A stretch of DNA of 63,848 nucleotides, the filler included, from Octopus bimaculoides (taxonomy: Eukaryota), in assembly GCF_001194135.2 (NCBI RefSeq). It is 7 parts of 7 records of this genome, joined end to end, with 100 filler letters (N's around TTAATTAATTAA, not from the genome) between each part and the next. Parts side by side here need not be neighbours in the genome. Positions count along the whole stretch, not along the records: positions 46,016 to 62,659 come from NC_068988.1; positions 62,760 to 63,848 come from NW_026312266.1; 5 more parts are not named here. One strand, written 5' to 3'. Made by a program: the position numbers and the translations under genes. Below are positions 54,298 through 63,848 of the stretch, piece by piece. The notes under the pieces are model-generated. The model was not told the DNA's origin. It did not search any database and worked only from the letters and a program-made list of their open reading frames with translations. Position 1 is the stretch's first letter, and each line of letters begins with the position of its first letter.

Positions 54298-55939
54298 ACA
54301 TAATGTAAATAAAAAACTAAGGTAAAAACGATCCTTTCAAAGGGCGTGTAAGACATCCAATTCACTGGTACGGCAGTTGAATACCACAGAAGTAAGGGTA
54401 TAAATACAAATTACACATAATAAATTAAATAGAGTAATACAAGTCACAATCTTACAATTTATTACGTTATAATATAACATAATATACTCTAAATATAATA
54501 TAAGATAACCAATTTCTTTTTTAAAAATCTCAAATAAAGCCAACAATTTATTTCGACTTATATACATTATTTGATTTATAAACAATACATATCTATGTAT
54601 ACGTATCTCTTGAGGGCCTTGGTTCAAAATTAAGACGAAATTCCATGTAAAAGGACTGTTAAATTGCATAATACTGATTCAAAATACCTGTTCAGGAGCG
54701 TGAGCGCTAACTGCTTACATACATAAGTACAACAAAATAACAACACAATTCAAATGGATAAATTAAACAAAGAAAATTTATAACGGTTATCTTATATTAT
54801 ATTATATTATATTTATAGTATATTATATTATATTATAATGTAATAAATTCTTAGATTGTCAATTGTATTTCCCTATTTAATTTATTATTTGTAATGTACA
54901 CATATGGGTATATAAGTGTATGTATACGTACACACACATACCTGTATTTTGTATTTTATCTTTTGCCTTTAATTTGTTTTATTGCTCTACGCCCATACTG
55001 GGGCAGAGCGTTGTTTTTTTACGTGTCAAACAAATCGACTTACGTACTTATTTTTTTTAAAGTCCTGTATTTCGATCAGTCTTTGTTTGGTGTCCTGCTA
55101 CAAAATCCCCTCACAATACACTGATTAGCTACTGGTCATATTAGAGGGCGCTTGCTTAGGATGACGCTGTAAGAATGAACCCGAAACCACAGGACAGCAA
55201 AACGAGCTTGTTACCCACACAACCATGCCTCCGCCTCCATATACATACATGGAAGAATCAATACTCTCGAGAACTCTGCTGGATATCATCGATTGTTACG
55301 GTGGGTGCATCTACACACAAGGATACAGCGCAATCTATAAGTTTAAACATATCAATCATAAATGTTATTTCCCTAGTTTTATCTTTATTAGCACACTTTA
55401 GTCTCTCCTGTCATCATCGTATATGGCAAACATGTCCCTTCACGATAAGTGTTCTCCGTTCACATAGATTATCAATTATTATAAACTTAGATAGATACAG
55501 AAATATGTCCACTAGCACGCATTTAGCAATGACTTATCCCCTACCGCTTTCCACAACGAACAAGCATTCGATTGTTTGATCGAGTGAACTGCCTACACGT
55601 TAAGTTAACGTTAAGTTAACGTCGTCTAAGTGGCTGAGTGTTTCTAAGATACATGGACTCTCAATGTCATTCACATGTTGAATCAACACATACAATATGC
55701 GACAAAGCTGGATCACTGAAATACAAGTACGATTAACCCCTAAAACTTTTCTGCAGACTGTGTTTAGTCAGTTGTATCCGCAAGGCTTGGGTATAGACAA
55801 GGCTAGTTTAAAAGACTTTAATCTATTATGTAACGCAGAGGGGACGATCATAAACGAAGCGTAAGGCTAAGAAAGGAAATTCGTAAACACTTCGTCATAT
55901 GTGTTCACGCACATATATATCTTCAAGAAATAACACACA

Positions 55940-56041
<102 letters not shown>

Positions 56042-56411
56042 CTCACACACTCGTACACAGATAGACAAAGACTTTGAAACACATATACATACATACATAC
56101 ACATACACACAAACGCACATATATACATATATGCATACACACACACATAAATACATGTGTACACAGACGCAAACGCCCACATAGACACAAACACACACAG
56201 AAACCCAGAGACACAGATACACATAGAATCCCAGAGACACATACCCAGACACACACAGACACACACAGACACAGACATAGACATACACACACATTGACAC
56301 ACACACACATATGTATATACATATAGATTCAAGGTGAATATGCTACTTAAGTTTAGGCACCAGAATTAAGTATGGTATTATCCATGCAATTTCAAAATAA
56401 GGTGATTAAAA

Positions 56412-56566
56412 ATCAAAATAAGCAACAAGGATATCCAAAGTTAATGCAGTACGATCGTTTCATACAACTCCATTTATTTAAGCAATGTTCACATTGCATA
56501 ATGAATGGAGTCGCATGAAACGATCGTACTGAATTAACTTTGGATATCCTTGTTGCTTATTTTGAT
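56412..56566. repeat. 155-nt foldback inverted repeat (67-bp arms, 4 differences)
   Basis: ATCAAAATAAGCAACAAGGATATCCAAAGTTAATGCAGTACGATCGTTTCATACAACTCCATTTATT pairs with 56500-56566; the central part contains GCAATG-TTCA-CATTGC. Confidence 0.95.
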
Positions 56567-57587
56567 ATATATATATATATATATATATGCATGCAATACA
56601 AAGCTCCTCCACGGGTATCAGCAACCATATGCTATCATACAGCAGGGAGTCTTCTTCTACTGGATATACATGCAGAAATCCGTTAATGTCGCAAATTTCA
56701 TACAATAAAATTAAAATGCAAGATGGAATAAATAGGCTTTAATCCAAATCGGTACATCTATTTTGGGGGAATTAGTAGCAGCATGTAATTGTTGAGTGTT
56801 TAACATATTATACACATTCTTGCATTAATATGATCTAACAACATCCGTGTACCTGCACGTATATTTTTCGAGTGAGTGCATTCGAGAGCTCAGTTCTCGA
56901 ACCCACCCACCTGAAAAATATACCATCTTTTGGATATATCATGTTAAACTTCAATTTCTAAAATACGGCCAATGAATATAATTTCTGTATCCTGCCTAAG
57001 TATTAATATCTTAATATTTCAATATATTAATATATCAACATATCAAATTACTACATCAAAATCTTCAGGAAATCCTACCGTAAGTTATAGAGCGTACATT
57101 TTGAAATATCGTGATATAGCATATCGGTGACTTACAAACACTTATTTATCAAACTTAATTTATTTTATATTATGTTATATTAATTTCCTATATAATTATA
57201 ATTTGAATCGCGCTATTTCAAATAATCCAGTTTTAGCACAAACAGCCACAAGCGCGTTTTAAATCTAACATAACTAAACTTAATATTGAATGACTGACTT
57301 ATACCTGGAAGAAGTAAAATGGTAATAAACTGAATAAAAGGCTAACCCTTCTATTTATAGCCAAACTGGTAGAACTAAAAGTAGACCGGTGCAATATATC
57401 TCTCCTTTGTCTTTTATGCACTCAACGGAATACTTGCTGCTCTTCTGAACATGCAGTTTTTATTTCTATCCCATTTAAATCCATTCAATAAACTCCTTTC
57501 CTCTTTTGTCACCCACATTCATTCGCATTTCCGAAACACTGTACACATCTCCTAATTCTTCCTTTGTATTTGTTGTTTTAGAGAACT

Positions 57588-57642
<55 letters not shown>

Positions 57643-60358
57643 NNNNNNNNNNNNNNNNNNNNNNNNNNNNNNNNNNNNNNNNNNNNNNNNNNNNNNNNNN
57701 NNNNNNNNNCACACACACACACACACACACACACTCTGTCTTCCTTCCCCCTCTCTCTCTATCTTGTCCTTTTCTCTCTCTTTCTGTCCACGTTTTGCTC
57801 AGAAGCTTCAAATTGCAGACGTTCAATTGGAAGGAACATCGATTGATTGAATAGAACTAATTAGTCTGGTACGACTTGCAACGACAAACAATGGACTTAG
57901 CCACTCCTCAGGCTAAGTCATAAAAAGTATTTCCACCAATAGAAAGCTTTTTGTATATATATATATACGATGCGTGTATATATGTGTGTGCGCGCATGTG
58001 TGTTTATGTGTATGTGTGTGCGTGCGTGCATGCGTATGTGTGTGTCGGTTCAATTATTACAGAGAACGTTCTCTAACTGAAGCAGTGCAATATAAGCACG
58101 ATAGCACTAAATACATTATTATTGATAACGTCGATATAAGTATAGATTTAAAATTCAGTGACACCCAAAGCAAAATGTGCAAAGTTCCATTAACGGCTAA
58201 GTAGAATAAATTGCTGAAGTGCCAGATTTCAAGTTTTATTCTAGTAATGCAAGTAAATCCTCTTTCTCTTGCTTTCATTGTTCTCACCATTCGACATTTC
58301 ATTTAAACTATATCTTAAGTCCCTTAAAACCATCTAAGTACTAAAATATCTGGAAAAGCATTAGATATTTGCTCTTATTCAAATTGAAAGTCATTCCGTG
58401 TGACTATAAATCATATTTTCATAGTATTAGTTTTATGATTTCTACTGCTTGTAAATGTTATATTTTCCTCTTTTCATTTTTGTCTTTTTGAGAACAGAAT
58501 GAATAAAATAGTAACATATCACTAAATACTTTAATCTCCACATTAAATCTTTACTTTCAGCCTTGTGGTAATATACCGATCAGTATAATTCCAACACTAT
58601 TAATAGGTGCAAAAATGTTTCGGCTAGTGAACTTCTACGTGAACAGTCGATTTGCTTGAAATAGCAATCAAATAGCTTTCAAATCACGTCTTACTATCTT
58701 GGGAAGTCACATTAGATAAAGCCATACTAGATGGAATATGTCAGCTTTGATGTTTATGAATCGCTTCGATCAAGCTAACATGGGGTTAAAGAACAGCCGC
58801 AAAAGGTTCTTTAATTAGCAGAAACAGTACGAGGTGTTGCTGAACATTTCTTGACTTTGGATAAAAGAAAATACAGGACAATAAGTTAATTATGATTTTA
58901 TTTAATACATTCATCCCTCAGATTCGCACACTTATTGCAAACTTTTAGTTTGTCTATGCCCTTTAAAAGAACTCGGATGGACGGGCCTCGAACCAAGTCT
59001 TTCAGCAGAACGTTAAAGCCAGTAACGTCTCAGCACCTCATCGTAGATGCCTTTAAAGAATATATAAATCATGAACAATTAGTCGTTCGAGTATTTTATA
59101 AGGCATCGTATGGCATGTTCTTCATGTTTTTTACACTATGGTTTAAATTCCAGCCAAAGTCAACGCATGTGTATTTATCATTATCGGGACGATAAAATAA
59201 TGCGCTTGTCAAGTGGTGGGGTCAATTAATGAGCTAATACTTGAAAGACTGAAACTTCTTCGTGCAGGAACATACGACAGCGAATCTCGAACGAATATTT
59301 ACAATACTGCTTGTGTTTTGTGATGTGACGAGGACGTGGATCTTTCAATAGCTACATTACTCATACGAGGAGCGGTGATTCCGGATATTATTAATTTTGA
59401 AAGCCATAATCATGAAACAACACTACATAAATACTATAATTAACTGGATATACTGTGCCTGAGTCATCGTGCTTGACGCATAATTGACGGAAGAAGAAAA
59501 GAAGTAATCAAAAATAAAATGAAAATTAGAAACGGCAACTTCGAAAATATTAATTTTTACTTTTTATGTTTTACAGTATATATTGCATATTCTCTTTAAC
59601 AGAATACATTAATCAAACAGTTTAAAAACTTTGAACTGGAATGAGGTAAATTGTTCAACACAGTTTTTACACGAACGGTCAACACATCATTTAGAATTAT
59701 GTCCTATCAACGGAGTTATGCCAAATGTTTAAATTTCAGAATTATTCAAGTCTTCTACTTTGCGAAAGATTAGCTCTCTTATAGTAAAATAGCATTCTGT
59801 CACTAGCAGACCTCTTAGCAATATCCGGAGAGAAAAACAGATCAATAACTCTATATGTTAACTAACTATAAACTACTTGGTAGAAACGTTTTAATAAATT
59901 GAAGCTAAGAAATAAAGATATGTAAAGTGTTGATGTAAATGAAGAAGAAAAAACTAAAACACAAACAAAATATTAATGGAATGAGAGGAGACGAATATAA
60001 AAATAAACAGAATGGAACTAGAAGTGTTTTATAGAAGTAAAAAATACAAAGTAACATTGCTGGGAGTAGAAACTGTTATGCAGCAAAACAGTATATGCAT
60101 TACAGTGAAACCTGTTCCATATATGTGCAATCAAGAAGTTTCAGATTGAAACCGACTGCGGGGTCCTGCGTTGAAAGTGCTTAATGTGTTAATTTAGTAC
60201 ACGGAATTTGTATGAAAGCCTGTCGTTGTTTATATTACCTCCAGGGGAGATTCGTCTAAAGACGTATATTGTTAAAGAAAAACAAAAACAAAAAAAACTC
60301 GGCATTCTTCAAAGAAAGGCGAAACGAAGTTTTCCAGGAAATTAACGTGAAAGTCAAA

Positions 60359-60391
60359 TACCGATATTTCGCAGTTATTTCCGCTCATCAG
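60359..60391 (-). ncRNA. Minimal type I hammerhead ribozyme-like core
   Basis: Minus strand reads CUGAUGA-GCGG-AAAUAA-CUGC-GAAA-UAUCG-GUA: intact conserved core, 4-bp stem II, very short stem III, GUA triplet. Stem I pairing is poor. Confidence 0.55.
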
Positions 60392-61019
60392 TGTCGCATA
60401 ATCCTCCACTTCCGAAACGAATCGAAACAGCCGGGCAACAATGTGCATAGAAACAGCGTAAACATGTGTGTATGCACGTGTGTATTTGTGCGTCCATACG
60501 TGTGGTGAGTGTGTGTGCGTGTGTGTGTGTGTGCATGTGTGTGTATGTGTGTGTGTATGTGTGTGTGTGTGCGTGTGTGTGTGCGTGTGTGCGTGCCTGT
60601 ATGCGTGCTTTGCTTTCAGTTTACCCCCGCAGTGCTTGACAACCGGAGTCAATTTGCTTATGTTATCTTAAGTGATCGACAAAAAGAAGTTGATACAATG
60701 ATAAAAAGAATATCACTGAAGAGGATCATCATATCTTTCATCCTTCTGAGATCATTGAAATAAAGTACTAGTCGAGTACAGGGATCACTAGTAGTATTAA
60801 CTAGTTCTTTGCTCCTCAAAATTAATGCCTTCATTCCTCAATGAGAAACAACTGGTGTTCTTTGCCGCATCTATTAAAATATTAGGTGCCATACCATTGT
60901 TTCTTGTGAATTTGCTGTTTTACTTGCTTTAACGGTATGTACATTCTAAGTCTGTGTTTTGTTATTCTCATTCGCTTGCGGGCAGTAATATTCAGATCAG
61001 TCACTTATTGAAGGGCCTA

Positions 61020-61652
61020 TAGTACAAGCACCACCCCGAGGCTGTATCTGAGGGGAAAATGTAACTATTTTATGGGACTTCCCAGTGTGTACAAAACAGT
61101 CAATCAAGGCTAATATCCCAAATATTGTTGTCGAAGACGAAAAGAATAAAGTCTGTTTATTGATTGACATGAGTATACGCAATGACCATAATATCTCGGC
61201 AAAAGAATATGATAAGCTCAGAAAGTATAAAGATTTTCTAATCGAAATCAAAAAGATGTGGTATCTCACGACTGTTAAAATACCAGTAATTGCAGGAGCA
61301 CTGGGAAAGATAAAAAGAACTGAAAATTATTTAAGAATGATCCCTGGCTTACCATCCATGCAGGAAGTGTAAAAGATTGTCTTAACTGATACGACACACG
61401 TACTGAGAAGAGCATTGTCGCTGTGAATTTTCTTTCCTTTTCCCCCTTTATTTTTATTGTTTCCTTTTTTATTTTTTGCTTTTTCTTTCTGTTATTCTTC
61501 CCCCTTTTCTCTATCACAAGACTTTGTAAATGAACAATCTGGTGTGTTTATTTTAATGGCTTACCAATGTATATAGTGCGCTTCTCTGCCCTAGGTGACA
61601 GGAAGACATTTGGCAAGAAATGGAAACGGAATTAAAAGAATATGATAATGAA
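61020..61652 (+). mobile_element. 5'-truncated R4/Dong non-LTR retrotransposon (restriction-like endonuclease plus 3' UTR)
   Basis: YKHHPEAVSEG/NVTILWDFPVCTKQSIKANIPNIVVEDEKNKVCLLIDMSIRNDHNISAKEYDKLRKYKDFLIEIKKMW...IPVIAGALG...THVLRRAL* has the RLE motifs ILWD, RPD-like, IID, KE..K..KY, GALG. It ends directly in (AAT)n. Confidence 0.9.
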
Positions 61653-61791
<139 letters not shown>

Positions 61792-62265
61792 ATTCCAGAA
61801 GGAATTAATGAGAATGAGGATTTCAAAATCCTGTGGGATGCGATGACTAAGTATGAAGATGAGATTAAACATTGTAGTGAAAAAAAAGTAAAAAAAAAAC
61901 CATGCCTGATAATTGACATAGCATGTCCAGGTGACAACAGGATTCACGAGAAAGAAGAAAAAGTGAACAGCCATGTTGAGTTCAAGTGATACGCAGGTTT
62001 TAGGCAATGAAGAAAGTGGATGCGACACCAACAGAGATCGGTGCGCTTGAAAGTCTCAGTTACAAACATGGTTCAAAAAGATTAGAACGAATTTTAAGAT
62101 AGAATACCTACAAAACGTATCGTTGCTTGGAACTGCAAGAGTCCTCTTCAAGGTGCTTGAAGCATGACCAGTAAGCATGTGTCACCTTAGTCTGCTGGTT
62201 GTGGACAGCTAATATTTTCTATTACATCCAGCAAAATAAAGCTGACAATTTTCATGATACAATAA
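61792..62265 (+). mobile_element. Second 5'-truncated R4/Dong copy from a different subfamily
   Basis: PEGINENEDFKILWD...CLIIDIACPGDNRIHEKE...IGALE...YLQNVSLLGTARVLFKVLEA*, followed by a 3' UTR ending AATAATCATCATT. Confidence 0.88.
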
Positions 62266-62269
62266 TCAT

Positions 62270-62425
62270 CATTGTTTTTACCATAAGTAAAAGACCTGAA
62301 ATTCCAAGGGCAGAGGGTTAGTCGATTAAATCGAACCCCTGTGATCAACTGATAATTTCTTTCATCGAACCCAAAAGGATATAAAGCAAAGTCGACTTCA
62401 GCGGAATATGAACTCGGAATGTGTG
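62270..62425 (-). mobile_element. SINE family A fragment
   Basis: GTCGATTAAATCGAACCCC...AAAGCAAAGTCGACTTCAGCGGAATATGAACTCGGAA. Confidence 0.75.
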
Positions 62426-62511
62426 ACATCGAGCTGCCGGGAAGATTAGATCAAATCTGAAATCATCCCGAACCAAGAATTAAGAATCCATAAGAACAAT
62501 CCATGAGAACA

Positions 62512-62632
<121 letters not shown>

Positions 62633-62759
62633 TCTCCCAAAAATCAAAATAGACAATAANNNNNNNNNNNNNNNNNNNNNNNNNNNNNNNNNNNNNNNNN
62701 NNNTTAATTAATTAANNNNNNNNNNNNNNNNNNNNNNNNNNNNNNNNNNNNNNNNNNNN

Positions 62760-63075
62760 GCAGTCCTTCCAACGGATAGCTTTGTAAATAGTCTTTGCCT
62801 TAGAAATATGTCATACGTAGCGGCAGATAGTATTTTATAAGCATTTTGGGGTATCTGCTAATGATGTGAGTGATATCTTCTACACTGGTATAGCAGAGCC
62901 GATATTCTTTTATCACGGTGTGGATATTTGGTGACGCCGTTGTCCCTCTAGTTTGTCACCTCAGGTATTTAGTAGCTATCTCTTGTTATTGGATAGCGAA
63001 GTCATATTCTTCAAGAAGAATTCTAATGTATCTATCGGAGAAGCTACACTTCCTGTCAATGCTGTTTTAGCCCTC
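62760..63075 (-). mobile_element. R4-like non-LTR fragment (post-RT CCHC region), opposite orientation
   Basis: YDFAIQ*QEIATKYLR...EYRLCYTSVEDITHIISRYPKMLIKYYLPLR resembles FAIQEQEI.TKY...CRLC...EDI.HIIS.CPKM...YYLP.RH. Confidence 0.7.
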
Positions 63076-63099
63076 TATTTGGTATTGCATCGAACGTTG

Positions 63100-63848
63100 A
63101 AAGATTGCTTGAAAAAAAAGTATGGCGAATTGGAGGACGGAACTGACAGCAATCGGAAGAGGTTTAGGGACAGTAGAAATCAGGAGGGGCATCTTCTAAG
63201 GGGACTGCTTGTCCCCACTTATCTTTGTACTGTGCTTGATACCACAAACACTGATTCTGGGGAAAGCAAAAGCTGGCTATGTATTCAAAGGTCGCCAACA
63301 AAAAGTCAACCATTTGTTATTCATGGATGACCTCAAACTTCATGGAAAAGATGAAGCCCAAGTCAGTTCCCTCGTTGATACGGTGTATACCTTCAGTGCT
63401 GATATCAGAATGGAGTCGGGACTGAAAAATGTGGTGTATTAGTCTTGAAGAGAGGCAAAATCAAATGTATGGATGGGCTAGCGATACCGCCGGGGGAGGT
63501 TGTGAAGCAGATAGAAGAGAAGGGCTATAAGTACTTGGGGATTTTGGAATGGATAAATTGATGGAGAGAGAAATGACAGAAAATTTTAAGGTGGAGAACT
63601 TGCGCAGACTGAGACTGTTCCTTAAGTGGAAATTAAACGGACGGTATAAGATTGAAGCTATCAACACCTAGGCGGTTTCACTCCTTAGATATGGAGCAGC
63701 GGTAATCGCATGGACAGTAGACGATCTAAACAGCTTTGACAGAAAGACAAGGAAGTTGCTAACTAGATATGGGATACTCCACCCAAAAAAGGACACAAAC
63801 AGACTGTATATACCAAGAAAAAGAGGGGACAGAGGGCTTATTGGATGC
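63100..63848 (+). mobile_element. R4/Dong reverse transcriptase domain, degenerate, runs off the window end
   Basis: SMANWRTELT...VEIRRGIF*GDCLSPLIFVLCLIP...VNHLLFMDDLKLHGK...FSADIRME.G..KCGVLVLKRGK...YKYLGILE...AINT*AVSLLRY...DRKTRKLLT...HPKKDTNRLYIPRKRGDRGL, with stops and frameshifts. Confidence 0.95.

Noticed and set aside
57894-57919. 9-bp hairpin GACTTAGCC/GGCTAAGTC
   Set aside because: No CTRR terminus at Helitron spacing; such hairpins occur by chance.
58061-58074. Palindrome AGAGAACGTTCTCT (heat-shock-element-like)
   Set aside because: Only two nGAAn units; a functional HSE normally needs three.
58975-59042. tRNA-like sequence on the minus strand (GGTTCGAGGCC B-box)
   Set aside because: Cloverleaf stems do not pair; at most a decayed SINE head or pseudogene.

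Overview
Eukaryotic, AT-rich draft-assembly scaffold with many N gaps and very dense (AT)n/(AC)n/(AG)n/(AAT)n/(GATA)n microsatellites. The repeat families look like those of coleoid cephalopods, most likely Octopus; this taxon call is an inference from recalled SINE consensus sequences, not a search. Almost all ORFs in the supplied track are microsatellite or N-run artefacts. Translating non-repetitive stretches by eye shows decayed transposons: R4/Dong-type non-LTR elements (RT, CCHC, restriction-like endonuclease), RTE LINE pieces, Penelope-like pieces (GIY-YIG, RT, hammerhead-like motifs), Tc1, maT/mariner and pogo/Tigger-type DNA transposons, a Gypsy pol remnant and many tRNA-derived SINEs. 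No complete host gene, rRNA, intact tRNA or CRISPR is supported. The best host-gene signals are two or three in-frame candidate terminal exons at 39.6-40.3 kb (+) and a candidate exon at 5.6 kb. The most interesting observations are: a 155-nt near-perfect foldback (56412-56566); a minimal hammerhead ribozyme core (60359-60391, -); a stack of Dong/R4 insertions in (AAT)n tracts (61.0-63.8 kb); a Tigger-like MITE enclosing an RTE endonuclease fragment; and a CpG-eroded domain at about 30-37.5 kb that suggests a methylated gene body. I found no convincing novel multi-gene system.
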